Shown: positions 30,594 through 40,788 of the stretch, in pieces | How positions within the stretch are numbered: position 1 is the stretch's first letter | Layout: each line of letters begins with the position of its first letter | NCBI GenBank assembly: GCA_041658255.1 | Contig: JBBAAQ010000001.1 | Location: 100,368-164,367 of the forward strand | DNA from: Candidatus Woesearchaeota archaeon | GTDB taxonomy: Archaea > Nanobdellota > Nanobdellia > Woesearchaeales > UBA9642 | Direction: 5' to 3' | DNA length: 64,000 nucleotides | Made by a program: the position numbers and the translations under genes | The notes under the pieces: generated by a model | What the model was told of the DNA's origin: nothing | Database searches by the model: none | The model's input: only the letters and a program-made list of their open reading frames with translations

Positions 30594-31259
30594 TTATGCG
30601 CAAATGTCATGGATTGTAAAACCTTGTTTTCTGAGGTGTGTGTAGATTTTTTGTGTGAGTAGATCTGCTTCCTGATTTCTGGGATACCATACTCCTTGAG
30701 CGCAATTTTGTTCGATCCACGCAGATGTTTTTTCTTCCTGTTTGACAAAACCATCAGCACTGTTCTTAAGAGATTTCCATCTCGCATGATAAAATGCTCC
30801 CGGCAATCCTTCCTCAGAGCTTACAATATAACGATTTCTATGGAGATCAAATGCTTGTTTATCTACGTGATCGATATACCAATCCGTCCATGGGCCGGTA
30901 AAATAATGTGTAAAATTATTTAAGAACATAAAATTGTTTCCTGTATTGAGTGGATGTACTGCGTTTCGCTTGACAATAATCTCCTCTGAAATCCGTGCAT
31001 CATTTGCGATATTTTCTTGTTTATAAGATGCTAAAACACAGTCGATAATTATGTCAAATGCAAGAAAGTTTCCATGAAGAAAATTATTAACAAATTCTTC
31101 GTTTGTTTTCGACTCCAAATGATTGTTCCATTTTATTCCAAAATCCTTCTTCGCATATTCTGTAAACGTAAAACTTGACAACTTATCCCCGATGGATGTT
31201 TCGACTGCATTCCTAAAATATGCTAAGTACTCACTTATAAGAATGTTAATATCTACCAC
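30594..31259 (-). CDS. hypothetical protein
   Basis: 221-aa ORF. Confidence 0.4.
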   Translation of the reverse strand: MVDINILISEYLAYFRNAVETSIGDKLSSFTFTEYAKKDFGIKWNNHLESKTNEEFVNNFLHGNFLAFDIIIDCVLASYKQENIANDARISEEIIVKRNAVHPLNTGNNFMFLNNFTHYFTGPWTDWYIDHVDKQAFDLHRNRYIVSSEEGLPGAFYHARWKSLKNSADGFVKQEEKTSAWIEQNCAQGVWYPRNQEADLLTQKIYTHLRKQGFTIHDICA

Positions 31260-31340
31260 GATAATCCCTCTAAAGTAGAGAAATACTTGTGAAATTATAA
31301 ATGTATCTGTATCATATACGTTATACTATCTCGCGAGAAT

Positions 31341-31637
31341 TTATTTCTTATACACATTCTCAAGCCACCAATCCTTGACAACAGATAATGTCAGTGTCGA
31401 GAGCATGAATCCTGCAGTCGGAACAAGCGCATTAAGCCATGGGTTCGGGATATTGATAATCATAAGAAAGATGACGATAATAATATAGGTAAGAACAGCG
31501 ATGATTGCTCTGCGAGTAATGCTCGTTTCCCAAGCCTTATCTGCCTCGACCCTCTTGTTTCGTTCCTTGATTGCATTGATTTCCTTTTCCATGGATCTCT
31601 CTAGATATATAGTGATATATAATCTTTTTGATTTCAT
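31341..31637 (-). CDS. small two-TM membrane protein
   Basis: 98 aa; charged N-terminal helix then two hydrophobic segments. Confidence 0.4.
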   Translation of the reverse strand: MKSKRLYITIYLERSMEKEINAIKERNKRVEADKAWETSITRRAIIAVLTYIIIVIFLMIINIPNPWLNALVPTAGFMLSTLTLSVVKDWWLENVYKK

Positions 31638-32111
31638 TTGGAGTTTTTCGAATAATTCGCTTCGCGTTCAGCATCGCTCGCATTTTTATTGTTTTAATGA
31701 GAGAAATTCTTGCCATTTGCATGTCAGAAATTGAAAATTTCTGATCACGATCAAAAATTCATTTTTGACGATTCTGCAAGAATTTCTGAATGTAATGCAT
31801 GTAGATGCTCGCACATTGATGTCATAAAAATTTCCTAAATTTTTAGGACGCCAAAATTTACAATTTTGAGCGCTGGACCATTTATTCGAAAAACTCTTTC
31901 ATTTGGGCTCTGTAGAATTTCTCACTTCGTTCGTAGTCGCCATTCGCATTCTTAATGTTTTTTGAAGAAAATGTTTACCATTTGGAATTCTATAAACATT
32001 TTTAGAATGATATTTTGAAGATGCTCATCTTAAGGCGACTAACATTTTCTATAGGGCCTTTCATTTAAGAATATTTATTAATGCAGGACTATTTGTGATA
32101 CTAAAGGGTGT

Positions 32112-35100
32112 TTGGTGAAACAGCAGATATATACAAAGAGGGGGTTATTGTTGACTCGCAGATTAATGTCGCATATACAGATACGTATTGCATTAACATT
32201 TTTACTCTGCATATTAGGTGTTTTTACAGTAGCTGCACAATCGTCAACCCTTAAGACTGCACTTAGTGCTAATACGAGTACAGAACCAATGGCAGTCATT
32301 GTCGTCATTGAAAAGCCTCAACCGATTGTCGGAGTGCAATCGTCACTTATGAAATCTGCTTCCCGCGCACGTGCAGCAGTAGCGACACCTGTTTCTGAAA
32401 CACCTACACGCATCATTGATTCATTGGGTAAAGAGTTGACGCTCCACACAGAATATTCTATCATTAATGGATTTTCAGGAACAATTACTGCGAACGGAAT
32501 TGCAGAATTAGAAAAGCTCAAAAAATCCGGTACCCGTCTCACGATTTATCCTGATACGGTGTTTTATCTGCAGGCAATCCGCGATCCCAGGCCAATACTC
32601 GCACTGAATGTAAGTACCAATGCAATCCGTGCAAATGAAGCGAGAAACACGTATAATGTTTCTGGACGCAATATTACTGTTGCAGTTATTGATTCGGGAA
32701 TAGATTATACACATCCCGCCTTAGGAAATTGTACAATGATGGGAAGTAATTGTCGTGTCCGTGACGGTTACAATTTTGTAAATAATACGGCAACCCCTAT
32801 TGATGATAATGGTCACGGAACCCATGTTGCAGGAATCATTGGTGCAAATGATTCGACTACATCATTTATCGGAATTGCTCCTGATGTCAATTTTTATGCA
32901 TTAAAAGTCTGCAATGCTGCAGGAGAATGTGCAACATCTGCGATGATTAATGCACTGCAATGGGCAATAGACCATAATGCAGATGTTATCAGCATGTCCA
33001 TTGGTGCATCATATTCTTATGATCCTTTAGGGAATAGTGGTCTTGATGTCATATCGCGCGCAGTTAACGCTGCAATTGCTGCCGGAATACCTGTTGTTAT
33101 TGCTGCAGGAAATGATGGTTTGGGGATAGGAACAATTGCAGTTCCTGCAGCAGCACGTGACGTAATTACTGTTGGCGGCATTGATGATCATAATACGGTA
33201 GCGACGAGTGATGATAGTATCGCAGATTTTAGTTCTGGTCCTTCAGCATTTGGACGATTCGATCCAGAACTTGTCGCGCCAAGCGTCGGTATTATCAGTA
33301 CTGTCCCAACAGGTTCTTGCGTTAATTGCGCCCCCGGTAGGTATCTTGGACTTACTGGAACAAGTATGGCCGCCCCCCATGTTACAGGAGTTGTTGCGCT
33401 CCTGCGTGAAAAGAATCCTTCACTAAGCCCGGGAATTATTCGGGGATTGTTGATGCATGCTGCACGCTCAATCACCGGCAGCGTCTATGATAAGGGTACA
33501 GGGGTTGTTGATGCACTAACAATATTTGAACCCCGAATAATTATCAGTGTCCAAAACGAGAATACTGTCGGATCTATAGTATCAACAGATCGTGCAGAAT
33601 TACTCCTTATTCCTAACCGATCAGTATCGTTTAATCTCGCTCTTGATGCAACAACTGTGCAATCTATAGGACTCAATTATACATTCAATATCACACTGGA
33701 TGATTTAGTCGCATTCGATACAGGGGCAATACTTAATGCATCAGTATGCGCTATTCCATTAGAAGCGAGTATTCTTGTTTCGAGCAGTACTACTCTTAAT
33801 ATCTCGTGCATATTTACAAATACGTCCGCTGTATACGCATCAACATATGCAGGAATACTCCACCTTAATGGTACAGGACATAATAGTAGTGTGACTATTC
33901 CAATGCAGTATGCAATTCCTATTGTTATTACTATACCATTCCAATACACCGTTAATGTTTCACGACAATTACTGCATAGTGGATCAACAAGTGGTGGAGC
34001 TTATTATTCTACAGGTGATGTATTTACTTACGCATATTATAATCCTAAATCAGGTAATGAGACCATACGTATTAATTGGACTAATCCTACTGATGATATT
34101 GATTTATATGTATACAATGCTTCAGGCAATATTGATGTCTATGCAGGATGGGCTGCGGGATTACCCTATGAGTATGTTGAAAGCAATACTACAACATCAA
34201 TAAAATGGATCCGCATCAATGGGTATGAGTTTGCAACAGCTCCCTTATCATTTACACTTACGGTAACTGATAATAATAATCGTGCACCGAATAATTTAGT
34301 CATCACGAATCAGACTGGTGGCACAATGCTTTATTTCTTAAATGGAACAAATATCACCATTCTTATCAATGCCACAGATCCGGACAATGACACGCTCATA
34401 TTTTCCTGCAATGATACTGCGTATGCATTACAAGACAGCGGACCGGCGTATGCACGTTATACGCGTTATGCAAACAATACGCTTATCGGCAATCATTCAA
34501 TTACCTGCACTGCAACTGATCCTTACGGTCTTTCTATAAGTACAAACGCAACAATAACTGTCACAAATAATTCGTTGATCATCACACAAGTAACTCCTAC
34601 GCCAGGAGAGTATTCCATCCTCAAAAATAGTTCGCTCATCCTAAATTATACTGCTATTAACCTTGAAGGGAATGCACTGAATTCGTCATGGTATGTTGAT
34701 ACAGAACTCGTTGCAACTAATACTTCAATATTTACATTTGAGGGAGCAAATTGGACAGTCGGAACGCACATCGTTACTGTCAATATCACAAATAATCATT
34801 CGACAGCATCTTATGAATGGAGTGTTGCTATCAATCAAACATTTTTGTCAGTAAATTATTTACGAAAACAAGTAATCCTTATAGGAATTGATGGAGCACA
34901 ATTTGCAGCATTCAATAGGCTCTATACACAGGGAAATCTTACCAATATGATGCGGCTTATTGCAACTGACGGTTGGATGGGTACTGCACAGATCACCGGC
35001 CATACCGCAACAGAGACTGCACCGGGAAATGCAGAATTGCATACAGGACTTAATGAAACATATACAACAATTTCAAATAATTGGTATGTTCCGGAAAATA

Positions 35101-36980
35101 CAAGATCTATCCCGAACGGACTCACAACGTTTGAACGATTAAAAGCATACAATTCCAGCATCAAGACAGGCCTCGTCTACGGAAAACAAACACTCTATAT
35201 TCCTGACGGCATCTTAAGCAATGCAAAACCTGAAGTTGATTTCTGGAGGAATAAGACCACTAATTCCTACTGGACGAATTGGCCGTATAGTGGCGCGTGT
35301 TCATACCCGCAAAATGTTTCTCAGGCTGCAGCAGATTTCATTAATGAGTATTATAATGAATCATTCTACCTCGTAGTCTATTACGGTGTTCCCGATTGCA
35401 CAGGACACGTCTATGGGGATAATTCTACACAGTATGTTGAATCACTTATTGCTGTTGATGATGCGATAGGGATGCTCCTTGATATATTGGAATCTGCAAA
35501 TCTCAGCGGCAATTCCACGAATTCCATAGTAACTCAAATTATTGTATCTGCAGATCATGGATGGAATAGTAATACTACCGGACACGGGGTACGCAATAAT
35601 GATACGACAATATTGCCGTTATTATCCAATAATAATTTCCTCGTACTTGCAAGTGATAATCATACCCGCGCGCAATGCGATATTGCACCGACGATACTTG
35701 ACTATTTTGGTGTTTCTGAAGCTGCATATACTGATATTTTTGATAATAATTGTGAATCATTACGCTACTCGCCGCCAACGATTACCGTTCATGCGCCCAC
35801 AGGAACTTATACGGAGCTGCCGGTACCACTCAATATTTCGCTGAATGAAAAGGGTTCTTGTAATTATTCGATTGATACTGCCAGCGTTGTACTATTGCAA
35901 ACAACAACGAATATATCATTTTATGAATCTGTTGATGATATTGATTCAGGGTCGCATACAGTGATGTTTTCCTGCGTTGACCGTGCAGGAAATAGTGCAA
36001 ATATCAGCGCATCATTTACGTATACGCCTCCGTCCCGTCATAGCAGCGGTGGTGGAGGAAGTGGAGGCGGGGGCAGTAGTATAACAAGCACCATGCCTTC
36101 TATAAATAATACTGTGAATAATACTGTGCGTAATATGTCAATTCCTGCAGATACGCTTATTCGGACAGTAATCGCGAATACTAGTCATTCGTTTACTTCT
36201 GCCGCGTATGTCTTTACGAATGTATCTAAAGAATTTACGATAATTCTTGCGCGTAATGTGACGACGATTAATGAAACTTCACTTACAGGATTGCAGGTAT
36301 TATTTAATGGTACAAAGACTGTTGCCGTTACAGTCTATACGTATAATGATTCTGATTCGCGTGCGATTTCTGAAATAATAACCACTACCAATACGGTGTT
36401 TACTGGAGTGCCCTTTGCAGTATTTGCAATTGATCATCCAGAACTATCAGATGGAGAAATTATTAATGCATCACTCAATTTTAGCATTCCAAAATCTCTT
36501 CTAGAATCGTATACGAGTAATCCTGCAGATGTGCGATTATATCGATTGCAACAATCTGCTGGCAATTCTTCAAATGCGTGGATTGAACTCAAAACCACAC
36601 TCGTATATGCAACAGATACTGCATATTACTATGTCGCTCAATCCCCCGGTCTGAGTATGTTTATTATTGGAACAAGTACGAAACTCGAACTTCCTTCACA
36701 ATCATTAATCCCCCTGCCGAAATCGCGTATAACACCCGTATTTCGCATCCTTAATGACACTAACTATTCTCGTGCGAAGAATGATTCAGTGAATGATTCT
36801 TTGAATACTTCTGCCCGGAAGCCAGCATCCATGCAGGATTTTTGGTCAACAATTATTTCTGTATCTTTCACGCCAGAACAACGCGTATATATATGGATTA
36901 TCAGGATCATTTGTATTACCGGGATATTAGGTATTTCAATCTATTATTGGATACATTTTCGTTCTCCTCGTTGTATATAA
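32112..36980 (+). CDS. secreted subtilisin-like serine protease (S8) with C-terminal Ig/PKD-like regions, an embedded alkaline-phosphatase-superfamily domain, a Gly-rich linker and a C-terminal TM anchor
   Basis: signal peptide; catalytic VIDSGID, HGTHVAG, GTSMAAPHVTG; later LIGIDGAQFAAF, DCTGHVYG, VSADHGW (type-I phosphodiesterase-like); GGGGSGGGGSS; C-terminal hydrophobic IWIIRIICITGILGISIYYWI. Confidence 0.8.
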   Translation: MVKQQIYTKRGLLLTRRLMSHIQIRIALTFLLCILGVFTVAAQSSTLKTALSANTSTEPMAVIVVIEKPQPIVGVQSSLMKSASRARAAVATPVSETPTRIIDSLGKELTLHTEYSIINGFSGTITANGIAELEKLKKSGTRLTIYPDTVFYLQAIRDPRPILALNVSTNAIRANEARNTYNVSGRNITVAVIDSGIDYTHPALGNCTMMGSNCRVRDGYNFVNNTATPIDDNGHGTHVAGIIGANDSTTSFIGIAPDVNFYALKVCNAAGECATSAMINALQWAIDHNADVISMSIGASYSYDPLGNSGLDVISRAVNAAIAAGIPVVIAAGNDGLGIGTIAVPAAARDVITVGGIDDHNTVATSDDSIADFSSGPSAFGRFDPELVAPSVGIISTVPTGSCVNCAPGRYLGLTGTSMAAPHVTGVVALLREKNPSLSPGIIRGLLMHAARSITGSVYDKGTGVVDALTIFEPRIIISVQNENTVGSIVSTDRAELLLIPNRSVSFNLALDATTVQSIGLNYTFNITLDDLVAFDTGAILNASVCAIPLEASILVSSSTTLNISCIFTNTSAVYASTYAGILHLNGTGHNSSVTIPMQYAIPIVITIPFQYTVNVSRQLLHSGSTSGGAYYSTGDVFTYAYYNPKSGNETIRINWTNPTDDIDLYVYNASGNIDVYAGWAAGLPYEYVESNTTTSIKWIRINGYEFATAPLSFTLTVTDNNNRAPNNLVITNQTGGTMLYFLNGTNITILINATDPDNDTLIFSCNDTAYALQDSGPAYARYTRYANNTLIGNHSITCTATDPYGLSISTNATITVTNNSLIITQVTPTPGEYSILKNSSLILNYTAINLEGNALNSSWYVDTELVATNTSIFTFEGANWTVGTHIVTVNITNNHSTASYEWSVAINQTFLSVNYLRKQVILIGIDGAQFAAFNRLYTQGNLTNMMRLIATDGWMGTAQITGHTATETAPGNAELHTGLNETYTTISNNWYVPENTRSIPNGLTTFERLKAYNSSIKTGLVYGKQTLYIPDGILSNAKPEVDFWRNKTTNSYWTNWPYSGACSYPQNVSQAAADFINEYYNESFYLVVYYGVPDCTGHVYGDNSTQYVESLIAVDDAIGMLLDILESANLSGNSTNSIVTQIIVSADHGWNSNTTGHGVRNNDTTILPLLSNNNFLVLASDNHTRAQCDIAPTILDYFGVSEAAYTDIFDNNCESLRYSPPTITVHAPTGTYTELPVPLNISLNEKGSCNYSIDTASVVLLQTTTNISFYESVDDIDSGSHTVMFSCVDRAGNSANISASFTYTPPSRHSSGGGGSGGGGSSITSTMPSINNTVNNTVRNMSIPADTLIRTVIANTSHSFTSAAYVFTNVSKEFTIILARNVTTINETSLTGLQVLFNGTKTVAVTVYTYNDSDSRAISEIITTTNTVFTGVPFAVFAIDHPELSDGEIINASLNFSIPKSLLESYTSNPADVRLYRLQQSAGNSSNAWIELKTTLVYATDTAYYYVAQSPGLSMFIIGTSTKLELPSQSLIPLPKSRITPVFRILNDTNYSRAKNDSVNDSLNTSARKPASMQDFWSTIISVSFTPEQRVYIWIIRIICITGILGISIYYWIHFRSPRCI

Positions 36981-37042
36981 AGTATAGAATACTTTTATAC
37001 AACTTAAAAATTTTTGATTTGCGATAGCAAATTTTTCTTGTA
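36972..37042. repeat. 71-nt direct repeat, copy 1 (contains a hairpin + T-run terminator-like core)
   Basis: tgtatataaagtatagaatacttttatacaacttaaaaatttttgatttgcgatagcaaatttttcttgta; near-identical to 40789..40859 (2 mismatches). Confidence 0.8.
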
Positions 37043-37125
37043 AATAATTTTTCAAGTTTATGTTTTAATTTATATTCCGATTCATATTCTTGCGCATACT
37101 CTTGTGAATACCTTATGATTTCTAC

Positions 37126-38619
37126 TTGTTAGTTAATAACAATTTATATATAGCGTCTAGAATATGTGAAGTCATGTTCGATATCATTGTGGGGCGTAAC
37201 GAAGCAGATAGGGAAAAATTCGGTGATAAAGGCACTGTTTTTATCGGTAAACATTATGTGAAGATGGGGCGGACTACAAGCCTGAGTAATAACATATTTC
37301 TTGATGTCACCCGTGCGCATGTTTTCTTCGTCGTGGGAAAAAGGGGTTCGGGGAAATCGTACACGATGGGCGTCATTGCAGAAGGCATTTCTGACCTCCC
37401 CCCTGAAATCAAGAATAATATTTCAGTCATACTCCTTGATACCATGGGTATCTATTGGACCATGAAGTATCCGAATCAGAAAGATAAAGGACTTCTCAAT
37501 GAATGGGGGCTTTCCGGAAAGGCGCTTGATGTCAAAATTTATACGCCGACTGGTTTTTTTGATGATTTCAGAAAAAAAGGTATCCCGACTGATTATCCTT
37601 TTTCTATTAAACCCTTAGAACTTGACGCCGGAGACTGGTGTATGAGTTTTGGCGTGCAATCAAATAATCCTATTGGTGTCTTAATCGAAAAAATAATTTA
37701 TGCACTTAAAGATCGTCATGAAACGCAGGGAATAGAATATGCGATTACGGATATTGTTGCAATGATCGATCAGGATAAAGAAGCAGACAGTAATACCCGA
37801 AATGCTGCAAAAAACTTATTCTTTAATGCACGCAATTGGGGAATTTTTGAACCAGAACTCACAACTCAAATAGTTTCTTCTACTCTTCAACCTGAAAAAA
37901 AGTCTTCGCTTGACTATAAGAAAAAAACTACTGTTGCAACTCCGATATCGCATCGTGCAACACCACTTTCAGATCTTGCAAAAGGCGGGCAAGTGACTGT
38001 CGTCGATCTTTCCTGCTATGCGACCATGCCGAATTCCTGGAATATTAAGAATCTTGTTGTTGGACTTATCGCAGAAAAATTATTCATCCAACGCATGATT
38101 GCACGTAAAGACGAGGAATATGCACAGATCCACAAATCCATTAATTTATTCGGTGAAGAGCAGACAAAGAAGTTTGAGTTTCCTATGGTATGGCTCGTCA
38201 TTGATGAAGCGCATGAATTCTTGCCGCACGACGGAAAAACACTTGCCACAGATCCACTCGTAACGATTTTACGTGAAGGACGACAGCCGGGAATATCTCT
38301 TATCCTTGCAACCCAGCAGCCCGGAAAAATCCATACTGATGTTATGACCCAATCTGATGTGGTGATTGCGCATCGCATCACGGCAAAACTGGATACAGAA
38401 GCACTCGGTGCATTAATGCAAAGTTATATGCGTGAAGGACTCGTTGAACAACTTGACGATCTTCCGCGCGTCAAAGGCGCTGCAATCATCTTCGATGATA
38501 ATAACGAGAAAATGTATCCGATGCGCTTGCGACCGCGATTGACGTGGCACGGCGGCGAAGACCCATCAGCGCTCCCGAAACAAGACGAGGGGTTTGGCGA
38601 GGATGTGTTTAAACTATGA
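37126..38619 (+). CDS. HerA/FtsK-superfamily (DUF87-like) P-loop ATPase
   Basis: N-terminal IVGR..G..GTVFIGKH; Walker A GKRGSGKS; Walker B VWLVIDEAHEF; ILATQQP, VVIAHRIT. Confidence 0.7.
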   Translation: MLVNNNLYIASRICEVMFDIIVGRNEADREKFGDKGTVFIGKHYVKMGRTTSLSNNIFLDVTRAHVFFVVGKRGSGKSYTMGVIAEGISDLPPEIKNNISVILLDTMGIYWTMKYPNQKDKGLLNEWGLSGKALDVKIYTPTGFFDDFRKKGIPTDYPFSIKPLELDAGDWCMSFGVQSNNPIGVLIEKIIYALKDRHETQGIEYAITDIVAMIDQDKEADSNTRNAAKNLFFNARNWGIFEPELTTQIVSSTLQPEKKSSLDYKKKTTVATPISHRATPLSDLAKGGQVTVVDLSCYATMPNSWNIKNLVVGLIAEKLFIQRMIARKDEEYAQIHKSINLFGEEQTKKFEFPMVWLVIDEAHEFLPHDGKTLATDPLVTILREGRQPGISLILATQQPGKIHTDVMTQSDVVIAHRITAKLDTEALGALMQSYMREGLVEQLDDLPRVKGAAIIFDDNNEKMYPMRLRPRLTWHGGEDPSALPKQDEGFGEDVFKL

Positions 38620-39020
38620 ATGCAATGACTCTACCACTCTCTCGAAAAAAAACAATAACGTTATTGAATGCATTTATCGCGGATGTATTGCCGAAAAAGC
38701 AGTGGTTTTTATCATGTAAACCATTTATGAATGCGGCAGTATTTTATGGTTCTCGTGCGAAAAACAATCACCGTGCTGACTCTGATATTGATATACTGAT
38801 ATTTATGCCGCTTGCGGTAGAGAAGAAATATACTCGAGGGGAATATGTGTATAATTATTACGGACATCATATTAATATTGTTATCCGATCTATTGAACGG
38901 TTAAGAAGAATTGCTGCATTTAGAGAAAAGGATTTATTCGAAGCAGAAATATTCCGTATGGCTGAGATTATTTGGCAGAAAGATACCGAAGTTGCACAAT
39001 TAATAAAAAAAATAATTTAG
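38616..39020 (+). CDS. minimal nucleotidyltransferase (MNT, Pol-beta superfamily) translationally coupled to the upstream ATPase
   Basis: VFYGSRAKNNHRADSDIDILIF (G[SG]x9-13Dx[DE] NTase motif); ATGA overlap with the ATPase gene. Confidence 0.7.
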   Translation: MNAMTLPLSRKKTITLLNAFIADVLPKKQWFLSCKPFMNAAVFYGSRAKNNHRADSDIDILIFMPLAVEKKYTRGEYVYNYYGHHINIVIRSIERLRRIAAFREKDLFEAEIFRMAEIIWQKDTEVAQLIKKII

Positions 39021-39027
39021 ACCGACT

Positions 39028-39267
39028 TTACTTTTTCTTCCATAACTTCTTATCAATCTTTTCATGGACTGCAAGTTCTTCCTGGAATTCTTTCTTTGTG
39101 AAATCTGCGTGCGTCATGCTGATGATTGACGAGATGAACATGATGACAAAGAAGAGTGCGAATGTGAATCCCCAGGTCTCTGAGAGTTTCATCACAAAAT
39201 AGACTGAGACGAAAAATCCGATGATACTGGTCAACATAAATCCTGCGCTTAGATGTGCATACTTCAT
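39028..39267 (-). CDS. small two-TM membrane protein
   Basis: 79 aa; two hydrophobic helices, K-rich C-terminus. Confidence 0.4.
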   Translation of the reverse strand: MKYAHLSAGFMLTSIIGFFVSVYFVMKLSETWGFTFALFFVIMFISSIISMTHADFTKKEFQEELAVHEKIDKKLWKKK

Positions 39268-39322
39268 TTTACTTCACCTCTTTTTTCTTCTGGCTGTTCG
39301 TATTTAAATAGTTATTGAATGA

Positions 39323-39481
39323 GACGGGGTTGTCGGAAAATAGTTTTAGCATCTCAAGGTGAGTGTTCTCTACAGCAGTTCCAGAAAGTGTTGCAGAATT
39401 GCAAATGGCAACATTTTCCATAAAATTAACAAAACAAACACGAGCGATGCTAAAAACGAAGCTTATTTTCCGACAACCCCG
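39323..39481. ncRNA. ~160-nt element with a ~30-bp near-perfect stem (candidate structured ncRNA or MITE-like element)
   Basis: gacggggttgtcggaaaatagttttagcatc (39323..39353) pairs with gatgctaaaaac-gaagct-tattttccgacaaccccg (39446..39481); locally GC-richer than the surroundings. Confidence 0.4.
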
Positions 39482-39564
39482 AAAGGGACCGCGGTATTTT
39501 TTCAAAGAAACGAATTGATGAATAAAAGAATAAACTATTAAAAGCACGATTCGTTGAGATAAGT

Positions 39565-40110
39565 GTGAATTCCAAAAAAATAGGATTATATCGGTTCAGT
39601 CCCATAAAAAATATTTCTCAATTATTGGAAGCTATAAAGCACACGCATTTTTCTTGTCATACACTCTGTAAACACACATTTGGGAGATATCTTCCTAATG
39701 CGGGGAATATCGGTATTTTTTGCCACTACGAAAAAGAATACAATCAGCTTATCCAAATGAGAAAAAAACTTACAGAACCTTCTAGCAATCCAAATCAAAA
39801 ATATTTTAAATTATATAAACCCATTATTATCAAGGCGAAAGGGGATGTCCCGCAAACAATCTATACACATCTGTATATACGTAAACCGGATATTTACCGA
39901 TCCCAGGTCGGTGATGTCGATTTCTTCTTAGCGCCAAAAGAATATCTTAAAATAAAAAAATCATTAATCGAAGGGGCGAATATTAAAGATGGAAGAATAT
40001 TTCCCCGTCAGGATCTTGACATGATTGAGTTATACCATCCTGATATTGATGCACTCGCATACGTAAGTACGAAAATGATGACTGAAACAGTACGGGTGAA
40101 ACAGAATTAA
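39565..40110 (+). CDS. hypothetical protein
   Basis: 181-aa ORF. Confidence 0.4.
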   Translation: MNSKKIGLYRFSPIKNISQLLEAIKHTHFSCHTLCKHTFGRYLPNAGNIGIFCHYEKEYNQLIQMRKKLTEPSSNPNQKYFKLYKPIIIKAKGDVPQTIYTHLYIRKPDIYRSQVGDVDFFLAPKEYLKIKKSLIEGANIKDGRIFPRQDLDMIELYHPDIDALAYVSTKMMTETVRVKQN

Positions 40111-40178
40111 ATTTCTTGTATAACGCCTTATGGAAAGGGAAAACTTTTTATACAATGCCCGCTCGTAGATGTTGAGAG

Positions 40179-40778
40179 GTGGTTGTCATGAAGTTTACAG
40201 TTATGTCAATAATGATTATTATTCTTGTAGGTGGTCTTGTACTGGTGGTCGGTTGTAAAACCACTAAAACAGGAACAACAGTCATTCCTGTCGATACAGA
40301 AAAAACATATGGAGAATTATACCGATTCAGTGATGTAAGTACATATTCCTATCGTTTAACGACGAAACTTGCAGATGGTGATGTAAATACGACTGTAGAA
40401 TCGAGTGTAAAATCTGAAACGCTCTATGGAGCATCCGTATGGGTCCAAGATTCGACATCAAATGGCGTAACGACGCGTATTTGGCTTGATGCGACAAAAT
40501 TTTCCTGCCTCAAAATGGCGTTTATTCAAAGGGTGCAAGATACTGACCGTCTTACCTCTGTTTCATGTCCACTCGAGAATTCTGCGCAAGCATCTGCTGT
40601 TGCAGTCAAATATATCTACGCAGGTTCAGAAAAGGTTACTGTACCACTCGGGACATTTGATGCACTAAAATATGCGAGTGCAGACTCCACGTATTGGTAT
40701 GTTACAACAATTCCAGTCCCGGTAAAAGCAGTCTCGAATTATGGCGTAACGATTATGGAATTAGCGTCGTATTCATAA
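40179..40778 (+). CDS. secreted/lipoprotein-like hypothetical protein
   Basis: N-terminal signal with LVVGCKT lipobox-like segment; T/S-rich. Confidence 0.45.
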   Translation: MVVMKFTVMSIMIIILVGGLVLVVGCKTTKTGTTVIPVDTEKTYGELYRFSDVSTYSYRLTTKLADGDVNTTVESSVKSETLYGASVWVQDSTSNGVTTRIWLDATKFSCLKMAFIQRVQDTDRLTSVSCPLENSAQASAVAVKYIYAGSEKVTVPLGTFDALKYASADSTYWYVTTIPVPVKAVSNYGVTIMELASYS

Positions 40779-40788
40779 TTTTTTTTAT

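Noticed and set aside
36040-36080. GGGGSGGGGSS-encoding repeat inside the subtilisin gene
   Set aside because: It is a short in-frame Gly/Ser linker, not a DNA repeat array or CRISPR.
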